From Calcarisporiella thermophila CBS 279.70 (lineage: Eukaryota; Fungi; Calcarisporiellomycota), in NCBI RefSeq assembly GCF_041956535.1, contig NW_027192199.1:372001-436000 (forward strand): 64,000 nt of DNA, in the 5' to 3' direction. Positions within the stretch are counted from its first letter, which is position 1, and each line of letters opens with the position of its first letter. A model generated the notes under the pieces. That model made no database searches and was not told the origin of the DNA. It saw only the letters and a list, made by a program, of their open reading frames with translations. The position numbers and the translations under genes were made by a program. Positions 12,013-25,364 of this stretch are shown here, piece by piece.

Positions 12013-13692
12013 TGCAGAAGGCGAGGACGGGTGCGAGCGGGAGACGCAAAGGACAACTAAATGTGTGAGGAATGGGAAACAGCTGGTTTGATTGAACCGT
12101 GAACGCAATGCTCTAGTATAGGCGCAAAAGGGTGTGAACTTCGAAGAAAGAGAATAGGAAACTTTTAAGATCGAATTTGTGTCGAATCTTGGCCAGTCAC
12201 ACGGTGAGTGCTCATTTCCTCCGCCAGCATTGGGTGGGACAGAAGTCACGGAAAATCAACCATTCTAATACACCCATTGCTAATAAATACAAACTCTCTT
12301 GTTTGCTCGCCAACCATTCTTCAGCCCAAATTGATCTTGCGTGACGGACGAGAGACAGCTGCCTAGGCATTGCCAAGGTGCTAGTTTAGGGTTATAGCCT
12401 CCCGCATGGGAGGGGTAACTGCGGCTGATATCGGTAAAAGAATTGCCCACCGCCTTTACAAATATCACCGTTAATATTGCTACCTCATCAGTGCCATTCT
12501 CAGAGTCCCGCATTTCCATCAGGGCTATGCTTTCTTCGAGCTTATCCGTGAAGCTGATATCCGTGCCGCATCCATTGTTATGTATCTTCTGTGTTATGAT
12601 TAGCTACTGAGTTAGAGCTATCATTCTCCCAGCTTGTTATTTAGATTCGTTTATTAATACAACTTCATAAATCATCCCTCATAAGGGAAGATAGGACCAA
12701 TAAAAACTCCTCTTCAAAAGTATGGAGGGTGTATTTTGTTAACTAACGGGTTTAAATGCAAGGGCCTTTAGTGAGAGAATGGAAAAGTGATTTTAAGAAG
12801 GTTGTCTAATTCGCATAGGGTTCTACCTCAAAGAGTCCAACATTGTTTCCTTGTGTGTAGAGGTGATGGAAAATAGTATACGCAGATTTTAAAGGTCCCG
12901 TTGAAAACCCGGCCCAAGTAATATCCCCATATAAACGCTAGCCCCACATACTTGCCTGCAAGGGGCCATATAAGACGACAGGAATTGAGTTTACTATTAG
13001 AGGATGACGCAGGCAATACATTCAACTTGGAGGGGGCTATAGAGTTAAAGAGGGGATACGTGGGGGATTTGTGGATCGGAGAGATACAAGCTCGATGAAG
13101 CTAAACGTTCAAATGGTGCTTCATAAATTGGCGGTAAGTTTAACTGGTGTTTCCTAGTTTTAGTTTGATGGTTGCCTGTTCCGTAAAAATCGCTCAGTTT
13201 CGACGACAGGGCGCAGATTTGATTCTCCGACCTCAATGGCTTAGTGTTTACAGTGGAGGAGAGGGACCGGCGGTAGGGGCAGGAGCCCCTCGCAAAACCT
13301 CGGTGTCTTCCCTAACAAGCCCGGGATGGGGCGCTTTTCAAACTTGGTTGCTTGTGCGGGAATATTGGAAGGAGTGTAAACAAAACTTTAAGTCGCAGTG
13401 ATGGGGATGCAAATGGTGATGGCCCTCATGGAGTTCGGGAATTCTCGCATTCCACTTTGGGAGACAAGATAGGAGGGGCTGGAGTTCTCCAGAGGAGAGC
13501 GAATATAGGCGGAGCACTTGGCCTAGGAATATTCTAGATCGGAGACGGGTGCCCAGCTGGGCGAGTGACCCAAGAATAGCCGGCCTGAGGCCACTGTCAA
13601 ACTATGGCGACAATTTATTGAATTAGCTTGCGGTGTTAATAGGCCAATAGTGGAGCAATGGGAAGAAAAAGAATTTATGTGGGGATGTTTCC

Positions 13693-14019
13693 CCGCAATG
13701 TTCCGTTGTGCCCGCGGCCAGCCAGTCGAGCAAGCCGGCCAAACTGAAGAAAAATTTCATTTTTAATAAAACTCCTGGAGCAGAAAGCAATATACCCTTC
13801 CCCCTCTTGTATATCCGGCTAATATCCCCCCTCAGGGCCGGTGTGTTGGTAGACTTACGTGGCCGATGAACGCCCTAGTGGAAGAGCTGAGCAAAGAATT
13901 GCGTTGAACCCGATATCCAAATATAGAGGTGCATGAAAAGACGTGGGAAAATTGGAATGTAGTGAATTTTCATCGGGATAATATGGCGCGTGACTGTGTT
14001 TTGCTCCGGCGAATCTCGG
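13693..14019 (+). promoter_or_regulatory. Two CCGN7CCG-type Zn2Cys6 (AcuK/AcuM-like) elements upstream of PEPCK
   Basis: CCG-CAATGTT-CCG at 13693-13705 and CGG-CGAATCT-CGG at 14007-14019; TATAAAA at about 14063. Confidence 0.5.
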
Positions 14020-14216
14020 AAATTGATCTTTTCGGCTGTCTTATGCATTTGAAAGAGACCATTATAAAAGGGGACCATGTCTTTGTGTGGGTCCGGAACA
14101 AGACAGCGCAAAGCTATCGGTCTCAGGCTTATTTAGTTCTTTTTTTCTCATTTTCAGTTCTTCTCTCCCCCTTTTTTCCCCACTCTTACACTCTAATTCT
14201 AGTCAAATTCAGCATA

Positions 14217-15950
14217 ATGGTTACCTCACACTGCTACTCAAACGGTCATCACCACCACAACGGACATCACCACCACACTAAAATCGAAGAGGACCTGCAC
14301 AAGCGGGCCCACATCGACTATACCAAGGTCAGCATCTTATGGAACCCCTCGGTGCCAATTCTGTACGAGGAGGCGCTCAGTTCCGAGCCTGGCACCGTTA
14401 TTTCCTCTTCGGGAGCCATTATTGCTTCGTCCGGTAAGAAGACCGGCCGTTCTCCCCGGGACAAGCGTATCACCGACGACGAGGAGACGGTGAATGATAT
14501 CTGGGTACGTGTGCAGGCAATAGCCAAACTTGTCAGGTCTATCTCGCGCTAACCTTTAATTTTCTAAACCTTATTCTAGTGGGGCCCCGTGAACACTAAA
14601 TTGTCGGACCATGTCTTCATGATCAACCGTGAGCGCGCCATCGACTATTTGAACACTCGGGATCGCCTCTATGTGTTCGACGGCTTCGCCGGATGGGATC
14701 CCAAGTACCGCATCAAGATCCGCGTCGTCAGCGCTCGCGCTTACCACTGTCTCTTCATGCGCAACATGCTTATCCGCCCCACTGAGGCTGAGCTCGAGAG
14801 CTTCGGCGAGCCGGACTTCACCATCTACAATGCTGGTGCCTTCCCAGCCAACCGATACACTACCGGCATGACCTCGACCACCTCGGTTGCCTTGAGCTTC
14901 AAGCACAAGGAGATGGTCATTCTCGGCACCGAGTACGCCGGTGAGATGAAGAAGGGCATCTTCACGGTGATGCACTACCTCATGCCCAAGGCTGGCGTAT
15001 TGTCTCTGCACTCCTCGGCCAACGAGGGCCCCAATGGCGACGTCACCCTCTTCTTCGGTCTCTCCGGCACCGGCAAGACCACCCTCTCCGCCGACCCCCA
15101 CCGCACCCTGATCGGCGACGACGAGCACTGCTGGTCGGATGATGGTATCTTCAACATCGAGGGCGGATGCTACGCCAAGTGCATTGACCTCAGCGCTGAG
15201 AAGGAGCCCCAGATCTTCAACGCCATCCGCTTCGGAACAGTCCTCGAGAACGTCGTGGTCGACGAGGATTCGCGTGTGGTCGACTACTCAGACAAGTCGG
15301 TCACCGAGAACACCCGTGCTGCCTACCCCATCGAGTACATCCCCAATGCCAAGACTCCTTGTATGGGCGGCCACCCCAAGAACATCATCCTGCTCACCTG
15401 CGATGCCTTTGGTGTGCTCCCTCCTGTGGCCAAACTCTCGCCCTCGCAGGTGATGTACCACTTCATCTCCGGCTACACCGCCAAGATGGCGGGTACCGAA
15501 GATGGCGTTTTGGAGCCCGAGGCCACCTTCAGCGCCTGCTTCGGCCAGCCCTTCTTGGTGTGGCATCCCACTAAGTACGCCCGCATGCTTGCTGAGAAGA
15601 TGTCCGAGCATGCTGCCGACGCATGGCTTATTTCCACCGGATGGACCGGCGGTCCCTATGGTGTGGGTGAGCGCTGTTCGCTGAAATATACCCGCGCTAT
15701 CATTGATGCCATTCACAGCGGTGAGCTGTCCAAGGTCGAATACGAGACTTTCCCCGTCTTTGGCCTGCAGATCCCCCGCAGCTGCCCTGGAGTTCCCTCC
15801 GAGATCCTGAACCCCTCGCGCGCCTGGAAGGACCAGGGTGCCTTCGATGGGCAACTCCGGAAACTCGCCTCTCTCTTCCAAGAGAACTTCAAGCTGTACC
15901 AGTCGGAGGCTGCTGAGGACGTAATTGCCGCTGGCCCCAAGCTCGCATAG
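14217..15950 (+). CDS. PCK1: ATP-dependent phosphoenolpyruvate carboxykinase (one intron at about 14505-14579)
   Basis: [60 protein letters not shown]; strong C-ending codon bias. Confidence 0.98.
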
Positions 15951-16346
15951 ATTTCTCCCCCTTCCCTCCCCTCCGCTCTATATCTTCTTATGCTTTAAAA
16001 TATTCAAATTCTCTCTCTTTGTTCAATTTCTCATACTTTCTAGAACTGCTTAAGTCGAGGCTGAGGCGCTGTATTTGTATCATATTAATATAACTTTGAC
16101 ACTGATTTCTTAATAAAACCAATACTTTATTAACAAATGGGTGTATTTTGAGGTGATAGTAGCTACAGTATTGATAGGACTTGATTTCTGTCACTTGCCA
16201 TCTTGTGATTTACTCTCCCCATATGATATCGGAGTGCCGATGGGATATTCCGATTTGATAGGCAAAAAGTCTCAGATTATTTATTACAAAGAGATAAATG
16301 AACAATATATTCAAGCTCGGCGCAGTAAGCAAGATAACATTCCTAT

Positions 16347-17292
16347 TCAACCCCTTCTCCTTCGTTCGGCTTGTCTTCTCTTATCTCGGTTCTCTTGCTC
16401 CCGTTGTTTCGCCAATATTATCAGGATGCGCACAAAAATCGCTATCAGGTCCACATACAGCTCCATACAGTGACGTATCACGTCTCCATACCCCGCACTT
16501 GCTCGTTCGATAATAAGCTGGGTATCGTAAACCACTATTCAAAGAGTAAGTACCTTGGTAACTAGACCTACATGATGGATTGGATATTTACCGTATCCAC
16601 AAAATACCATAAGCCCAGCGTACAATTCCACATTATAGAGAGCGGTTGACCCCACGAACCAGTTGAAAAAGGCAAGCCAAGACATCAGTGATACAGCACT
16701 TGAGAGGATTCCACCGATATATAGCCAGGAACGGCGCTGACTCAAGAGGGCACTGCCTGTGAAGCTGGCAAAGACGATAGCGGTCGTGACTAGGGCATTG
16801 AACAAGATTTGCCCACTGAAATGAGTAGATAAGTAATGAGTCGCAGAAGAGGATGTGAAGTATAGAGTAATTCACCTGTAATCTATTAGCCAGATATACT
16901 CAACCAATGAGCCTAATGCCACACCTTGGAAGAAAGCAAAGGCTGCAAGAATTCCAAACCGTAGAGTGCGATTTTCTGGGGTGGGCCGCAATACTGCAAG
17001 CATACCCATCGAGATCATCAAGCCTATGCTTGAGAGTAGACCATCCTATTCAAAATCAAGTAGATCATCAAGATGATTACTCCTAATCACTTGATTGAAA
17101 AGAGGATGCCCTTACTCCTGCAATAAAGGATCCAAGACTTCGCGACCACGCTGCCCATCCGGAAATCACGGAAAGCAGAGAGAGGGTCGAGTATACTTGG
17201 ACAAGGTGACGTCGAACAGCTGGGGTGAGGCTGGCTGTCGATTTAAATGCACTGAAATTGGGGGGATGATACTCCCAATGGGGAACGACCAT
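16347..17292 (-). CDS. Bax inhibitor-1 (TMBIM6-like), multi-exon
   Basis: LTPAVRRHLVQVYSTL; TTAIVFASFTGSALLSQRRSWLYIGGIL; YDTQLIIERASAGYGDVIRHCMELYVDLIAIFVRILIIL followed by a basic tail. Confidence 0.9.
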
Positions 17293-17894
17293 TTTCAAAT
17301 GGTTTATTAGATCTTGGAACGTAGAAATTATTCAGTGGAAAATTGAAGAATTTCTGGTGAATGCATTAAAATCAATTTAGAAAACGAGCCACGTAAGCCA
17401 CATGGGGGTTTTATGTCAGGCCTAACAAGATTAACGACAGACTCGAACTTTCTAGATTCTTTATTTCCTCGAACTTATATGTTGACATATCATCGTAGGT
17501 GCAGCATGTCACTCTCATGTGGCCTTATATATATGGTTCTATAGAAGAGTAGACTCCACCACAAGATATACATCCAAAAATATGGCACTAATTCATATTT
17601 TTCGAATTTGAGGCTGCAAAGTAGCTGGCTTCGTTCCTCTAGCCCAGTCCTGTTACAATTGTCTTCTAAATTTCCCAGGATATACCTCGCCAACTACCAG
17701 TTTAAAGTAAGGTCTACTCTCTCAACATGGATGGGAGATCGAAGTAGTGTGACTGTTAATTTATCCTCATAAGGTTTTGAGATGACCAATAATTCTTCCT
17801 ATTGCACCTGGAAAGTAAATTCATGTGGTCCTTTTTCGAATAAAAAACCAAACTTTTTATACCAAAGATAGCGGTCAGGCAATTTGGAGTAATA

Positions 17895-18936
17895 ATGGCC
17901 AGGAGTTCCCCGATCGTGATTGATACAATTTCCTCAATCCGAGCATGGCGTGCTATACAGAGTCAACAAGGGCGAAGAGTTGCTCTAGTCCCAACCATGG
18001 GGGCGCTTCATGAGGGCCATTTGCAACTCGTGAAGGAGGCAGCCTCTCGATGTGACTCCGTAGTCGTTTCAATTTTTGTCAATCCTGCACAATTTGCTCC
18101 TCACGAGGATCTTGATCAATACCCACGGACATTGCAATCGGACCTGGAGGCCTTACAAGAATGCGAGAAGGTGGAGGCTGTGTTTGTTCCAAAAGTAAGC
18201 GAGATGTACCCGAAGGGAATTGTATTAGAGGTGGAGAACCAAGTCGGAGCATTTGTGGAAGTCAAGGGAAGATCACATCAGGTGAAGATACGTTTATTAT
18301 GATGGTTGGGTAATGTTTATGCTAACGTTTGGTGTTTAAGATGGAGGGAAAATCAAGGCCTACCTTTTTCCGAGGCGTTGCAACGGTGGTTTCCAAACTC
18401 TTTAACATTGGTACGAGCTTGCAAGCACACAGAAGAAGCAAATACAAATCCATAAAACTCACCATTTCTATCCTTTCTAACTAGTGCTGCCTGATGTTGT
18501 CATTTTCGGTCAAAAAGATGCTCAGCAATGTGTGGTTATACGAACGCTCATCGATGATCTCCATTTTCCTATCGAGATGATCGTTTGCTCGACTATGCGT
18601 GAACAGGATGGTCTTGCAATGAGCAGTCGTAATCGATATCTCACCCCTCACCAGCGCACAATCGCCACATCGCTGTATAGTGCCCTCTCGGCCGCGAAGG
18701 AATTATACTTGCAAGGGAAACGAAATAGAGATGAACTGATGGCCATTGCGCATCAGGTATTTGAGGAGAGGATCGCGGGAGAGGAGGGGGTGAAGTTGGA
18801 TTATATTTCGTTGGCCAATCCACGCACCCTCGAAGAGTTGCAGACGGTAGGCAAGGAGGGCGCAATACTAAGCGGGGCATTTTGGGTTGGAAAGGCGCGC
18901 TTGATAGACAATCTATTGCTCGATTGTGAACTGTAG
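17895..18936 (+). CDS. PAN6: Pantoate-beta-alanine ligase (pantothenate synthetase), 3 exons
   Basis: VPTMGALHEGH, SIFVNPAQF, MEGKSRPTFFRGVATVVSKLFNI, FGQKDAQQ, REQDGLAMSSRN, RLIDN. Confidence 0.95.
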
Positions 18937-19179
18937 GCTGCATGGTGTGAGACAAGTTTTCTAGAAACGAAATATTATTCTATAACTTTTTCCCTTCGAA
19001 TCCTAATTTAGTGGGGTGAAATTTATTATTAAATTTACACACTAGCTTTTTTTCGCGCATTTTTTTTTCCTTTTCGATATAGCCCACCCTGGTACTTTGA
19101 AAACCAAATAATATTACCACACTCCTTCTCTTTAACTTGGATCTCGAATTGTCTATTGCTTCATTTGATCCGGTTTCCA

Positions 19180-20695
19180 ATGTCTCGCAACTCTACCGAT
19201 AGCCATACCGGTCTTTTAACCGGCGATCACTACCGCCGTTCCCCGTCAATTATGAAGGGCGTACGCGCGTTTATCTTCTCGAGCTGGCTGAACATCGGCC
19301 TTATTTTCGTTCCTTTGGGTATGCTGGCGGAATCTTTGCACTGGTCGTCAAGCGTTGTTTTTACGCTTAATTTCCTGGCGATCATTCCACTTGCAAAAAT
19401 GCTTGGTTATGCTACTGAAGATGTTGCTTTACGTGTTGGGGAGGTATGGTGTTGAAATCGCTTGGCAAAATCTCAACGATCCACTGACATTTATTCTGCA
19501 TCTACATTTGTTGGCAATAGACTCTCGGTGGATTGCTTAATGCAACATTTGGAAATGCCGTCGAACTTATTATCGCAATCATCGCGCTTCAAAAAGGATT
19601 GATTAGCGTTGTGCAGGCATCCATGCTCGGCTCGATTCTGTCCAATCTTCTCCTCGTTCTTGGACTTAGTTTTTTCGCTGGAGGATTGTTCTACAAAGAA
19701 CAATCTTTCAATGAGACCGCAGCGCAAACTTCGGCGTCTATGATGGCTCTTGCCCTTAGCTCCTTGATGCTTCCGGCCGCGTACAAGTACGCGATACCGA
19801 ACCAGAAGCGGGGAGAAATGGAGGAACAAATTCTCGGCATCTCTCATGCCACTGCTATCCTACTGTTGATCATTTATATTGGATATTTGTACTTCCAGCT
19901 AAAGACGCACTCGCACTTATACGTTTCTGAGGGAGATGAAGAGGAGGCGGCTGAGCCGGAGATGTCATTGGGCGTGGGGCTTGCTGCGTGAGTATTATCT
20001 GCCCTAAACGCAATCGCAACGTCTTTGTTAAGATATCCTCGTTTTAGATTGATGGTCACCACCATTTTTGTGGCTCTTTGCGGTGAGAATCTTGTGGGCG
20101 CGATTGAGGGTATTGTCGAGCAATGGCATATCAGTGCGACTTTTGTGGGTTTGATCCTGCTTCCTATAGTGGGAAATGCAGCAGAGCATGTAAGTGGGAT
20201 CTGCGGACCCTATATGCTTTGAGACCACCCTTATCAATATTGTTCCCTTTCTCTCTCCTTCTTAGCTGACAGCAGTGACCGTTGCCATGAAAGATAAGAT
20301 GGACTTGACCATTGGTAATTCAGATCTGACATGTTGGCTTGCGCCACAAAAATGAAGCTTAATATATGTTTAATCTCTAGGTATTGCGCTCGGATCTTCG
20401 CTTCAGATTGCTCTGTTTGCCACGCCTCTGATGGTGGTGATAGGATGGATTATCGGTCAACCAATGTAGGCCTGAAGTTTGCCGATATATTGAATTTTAT
20501 GGCTTTCTCTAACCGATATGACTTGCTAGGACCCTATGCTTCGACATCTACTCTACCTGCGTCCTATTCATTTCGGTTCTTGTGGTCAACTATCTGATCA
20601 ACGATGGTAAGAGCAACTGGTTAGAAGGAGCCCAGCTGATGGTCGCTTATTCCATCGTTGCTGTCACATACTACTATTATCCGGATACAAACTAA
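19180..20695 (+). CDS. VCX1: Vacuolar Ca2+/H+ exchanger (CAX family), multi-exon
   Basis: Alpha repeats [12 protein letters not shown] and PIVGNAAEH; [12 protein letters not shown]; C-terminal DGKSNWLEG. Confidence 0.95.
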
Positions 20696-20899
20696 GCGGT
20701 AGTTGAGTTTAAGAATGAATTTATTATCCAGTTTAGGTTGAATCTGCATGTTCTCGTTTGTTTTTTTTTTTTTTGTTAAAACTTCAGTATCTTTAAAGTG
20801 CATTTTACACTGGATATTTATCATATAAATTTTATAAAAAAATTCTTAAAAAATAAAGATGAAAAAAGAAAAGAAGGAAACAGGAAACAAGAGAGTCTT

Positions 20900-21918
20900 C
20901 TAGTTAAAGAATTTGCGGTTAGGTGAAAAGCCAAAGAGCATTCTACGGATTTCAGGCAGCATCTTATCCTCGCACAATGCTAGCCGAGAATCTAACGTAT
21001 TATCAATGGTGATGCGGCCGTTGTGACCCGTAACAATGACGCCGCCCGAGCTGAAGAAGGGTGTCGAGTTTGGTTAGGAAGAGAAAAAAAAATATGGAAT
21101 AAGCAAGCTAGGAGCAGCCAACGTCAAATTCAAGGGGTTTACCTTGAGGCAGGCAAATTCTCCTCTTTGTTAATTGTGATCGAGACATCCTTCTTCACCG
21201 TCTCCTTATAGGATTTAACCACGTTCTTGATAGCGGTCTCCACCACGCTCACGTCGGATTTTCTGCATATCACGACAATATCCTCGTCCAGTAGCTTGTA
21301 TGCACCCTGTTGAATCAAATTTGCAAGAAGCTGTTCATATTTTTTCTTGTCTTTGGATATTTGCTGCAGTTTGTCGCGTGCGCTGTCAAAAAGATCGCCA
21401 AGCACCTGCTCGCGCGCCTGAAGGACGCGAAGACGCGATTTATTCACGAGATTGGATTGCTCAATACGCTTTTGCACCTCTGTTTGCTTAATTTTGCGTT
21501 CGTATTGGGCTTCGATATTGATCGCCTCTTGACGAACGAGCTTGGCCTAGTAAAAGTACGTTTTCAGCGTGCATTCACAGCGGAATCATGAGGCCTCCTC
21601 TTACCTTCTCAATGTTGAATTCCTCATCAGCCTAGAGGAGACCAATAAAAAGGCACGGGTAATAATATAAAAACGAATTTAGCATTCACACTCTACATTA
21701 GGCTCACAATATTGATCCATCTGATACATTACCTTCACTTTAATTTCACGAGCCTTCTCCAATGCCTCTTGCTTAATGAAGGCCACCTACAAAAATCGAA
21801 ATTCAAATGGTCAGTGATGGTGGGTTAGATTGACGATGTAAAACTCGGAACAGTTGGTAACCATCTTCTTCATCTCATTGAAGACCTCCTGGTCGCTGAG
21901 TGATCGTGTGGTCGCCAT
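20900..21918 (-). CDS. VMA4: V-type H+-ATPase subunit E, multi-exon
   Basis: MATTRSLSDQEVFNEMKKM|VAFIKQEALEKAREIKVK|ADEEFNIEK; NKSRLRVLQARE; GRITIDNTLDSRL; RKFFN-stop. Confidence 0.95.
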
Positions 21919-22143
21919 GGTGTATCAAAGAGGATTTCGTTCAGAGAACAAGATTATCAGATGTCGACGGTCTTTTTGCTTCGCAGCAGGGGTGAGGTGG
22001 CGAGAGCAAACCGGGAGCTCACGAGAGAGCCGCAAGAGAAATTCTGGATGAAATGCTGCGCCACTGGTCGCTACTCTGGAGGGTCTTTTTCACCTCGAAC
22101 GAGGAAACAACGGGACTGGATATTGCAAACAATAATCGCCGCA

Positions 22144-24934
22144 ATGTCTGAAGCATCGTGGCTCGATTACCTTCCTCGCCACGCAATATTTGACCCCACA
22201 CACGCCGAGGTTAGTCTTCTTCAGAAACTAAGCATCCCCTTTGTCGATGAGGACTTTGACGACGAAGAAGACTGGTCCGGGAGACAGTGTCTAGCTGTGC
22301 GTGAAAATGAGCTTTTCGCAGCGATAGGGAGCGAAATACGCGCGTTGAACTTGATAGAGTTCCGCTACGCGTTCAGAAAGGCTTGGGAAAGGGATAGGTG
22401 TGAGAATATGGACTGGATTAATGATATCTCCTACAAAGTATGCATTTTGGAATTTTGCTTGAATCAGCAAGAGAGACCGTTAAGCCTAGTCTCTATTTTT
22501 TTACCTGGAATTCGTGTAGAAACTGCAAACAGACGGTATAACTTTTACGATACGGTCCCTTTCATTCAACCGTGGCGGCAAACTTCTGGCGGTTGCTGGG
22601 GATCGTGAAGTGGCTGTCGTGGTTCTTCCTCATACGAGAGCAAAAAACGGCATAATCGAGTGTCGGTAAGTTATAAGGGAAACGATGGTAAAATACACGA
22701 CGAAATAATATATGTCTTCTTATTTAACACTCAGGACCTACTCCGTTGGCTCCTATTATCATGCGGCAGGAGGATCCTCCCGTATTGTAAAACACTATTG
22801 GCATCCTCTCAGCGAAACGCGCTCCCACCTAATTATTCTAACCCATCGCGGCGTTATCCGCCTCTATGATGTGGCGAAGGACATCGAAGAGCCCGAGCTC
22901 ACCGTCAGAGTGCCTGTCCGGGATCGGGCCGTCTCATTTTGCATGGGAGAGGGAAGCGGGTGGGGGCCATTTACAGCATATGTGCTCACAGAAGGTGGTG
23001 ATATTTTTGCGGTGTGTCCAATAGTACCCGAGAGGAGGTAAGCACTAACTGGTCAATTTTTTTTTTTTGGATTCAAACGACAAATAACGGAGTAACCCCG
23101 ATTTTATTTAGTATATGTGCCCGAGCTCATCTTGAGAACCTCAACACGCTAATTAACTCTTCCTTGCAACAACTTGACACCCTTTTTGATGAGAATAAGG
23201 CGCAAATAAGTGAAGAAGAATATGCTTATCGCAGTCAACAATATACTTTGCAGGAGCGATGGATCAAGGATACGCTCGCTAGCGCCGCTTCCACCGAAAC
23301 TCAACTCAGACTATCTCCTCCAGCGCGCCTCACTCCTATGCCACAGCAAATAGAGGTCCAGGGCATGGTGCGTGGCCGAAAGCAGGCTGATAAAGCGTGT
23401 GACTTGGCGTACATCACGGGTAACCCCGTGGGAGTGATTGTAGTTGCTTTTGCGGGCACTTTACACGCGCTTATCGAGTTGGGGATAGAGCCGACTTGGC
23501 GGGCAGACTCTAGCGGTGCCATTGGGGAGAGAAAGACGTGTTCCTTGTGCCTATACGAAACAATCCGATTTGGCGAAGGAGGAGATCGGATGAGACTGAT
23601 CTCCCACTGGAGAGACGCCGTATATTGCTTGTCGAGTAAGGGCGTGCACGCGGTCTTCTTGAAATGGGTAGCTGAATTAAGAAATATAAAAGACAAAGAA
23701 GACGCCAGAGGGAGCGAAGAAGGTGGCGATGCGGCAATAAATATGGACAAAGAAATAGCAAAGTTTATTGATGCTGGGCAGACTTCGGATGTGGTGCATG
23801 TTGTGCGAATTGCGGAGCAAATGAGGTTAGTTTGCTAATAATCTCTTTTCCCTTTGTTGCTCGTGTTACAGCGGATCTCATATTTTCGACCCATTCTCTA
23901 TTCCTAGCGAGTGTGTGAACATGGCCGGGTTGGTGGAACTGGATGATGTCTCGCTTGGCCGTGCCCTTTTGAGCCTCACCACGGCTAGCCGCTTTGTTGG
24001 CATTGAGCTTGACCCGGTGCATACCCCCCCCGCCTCTCCAAAACTCTCCTCAGCTGTCGCCGACCAACTGGCTCAAGCCGCTAGTGAAAATCGGATCCAA
24101 TTAGACATTGACGAAAAAGACGTGTGCAACTTGGAAGAAAAGCGATACGACCCTCTCTTACCGCTCCCGCCCTTCAAACCTCCCGCGTGCCTTGTCCGCA
24201 ACCATGGGCTTCCGAGGCGGCCTCGCATCGTATGCAACACCAAGTTGTCTACCGACACCATCCCCCTTTTTAAACGGGAGGTAGCCAGTTTCCGCGACGA
24301 AATCCGTGCACTCACCCTTGCTGGGCTAGAAATCCAGAAACGGCTTGAACTGCAGCAGCGTGAGCTCAAGCGCCAACTGGAGCATCTCTCCACCCTAGCC
24401 GCCGCTTCCAAATCACAAAAGACTAAACAGCGGCTGGAGAAGGCCATGGAACACCAGCAGAAACTCCGGGTGCGGATGAACACCCTCCTGCAGATCCTCA
24501 TTGACAACCACGGGGACGGGGGGGTGCGATCGGTGGAACGCGGATACTTTGAGGAGTTGGAGAAGATGAAGCATCGAGTCCTTGGCTCGCCCCATCCTAA
24601 CGAGAGGGACAAACTGCTCCTCAAGGGCGGCAAGGTCTGGGGACTGGAAGGGATCCTTATGAAGAAGGAAGGGGAGGAGAGGAGAGTCGAGGAAGGGTTC
24701 GAGAGAAAGATCCAGCGACTGAGGCAAGATTTTGACGCAACTTTGAAGCAATACGCCGAAGCCTGCCGACACAAGAAGGAGCGCCCACAGCCGCTCAAGT
24801 TGGGCGAGACGGAGCTTGTGGAGGTGGAGCAGAAGCTGGGTCAGCAAGCTAAGCGAATAGGCGAGATGCGACGGGCGCTGGAGGAGCTGGACACGCGTTT
24901 CCGGGCAAATGGAAAGGCCACGCTGGGATTCTAA
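22144..24934 (+). CDS. NUP82: Nucleoporin Nup82/Nup88-like (beta-propeller plus coiled coil), multi-exon
   Basis: WLDYLPRHAIF start, 'WHPLSETRSHLIILT...IRLYDV', 'GWGPFTAYVLTEGGDIFAVCP', C-terminal coiled coil. Confidence 0.75.
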
Positions 24935-25364
24935 GGGCCTAAAAGATTCATTTTTGGTAGTCTTTTTTGCTTCTTTAAAAAATATATTTTAATTTCTTTG
25001 GAATCGTGAGAAAAACATTTTCAAAAATCTCAATAATGTTACAAAGTAGAGAAAACAAAGGAAAAAAAGGGTCTATAAACAAGAAACAAAGAAGAAACTG
25101 AGGAATATGTTGAAACAAATGTTCCTACAAGGGAAAAAAAAACATGTCACAAGAAGGGACAAAATTAAAAAGAAAAAGAAAAAACCATGCTTGGAGTTTG
25201 AATGCAAAATTATGTTCAAAAGGGGGGATATTAAAGCCAAGAAATAGAGACGATATAACTAGGTCGTGTAAATTATCGAAAGTAAACAAAGGGTGATATT
25301 GTATGAGGGGGGGGGGGTAGGGTGTATAAATTTTGGGGGAAATCAAATAGCGTTAAGGTGGTTA

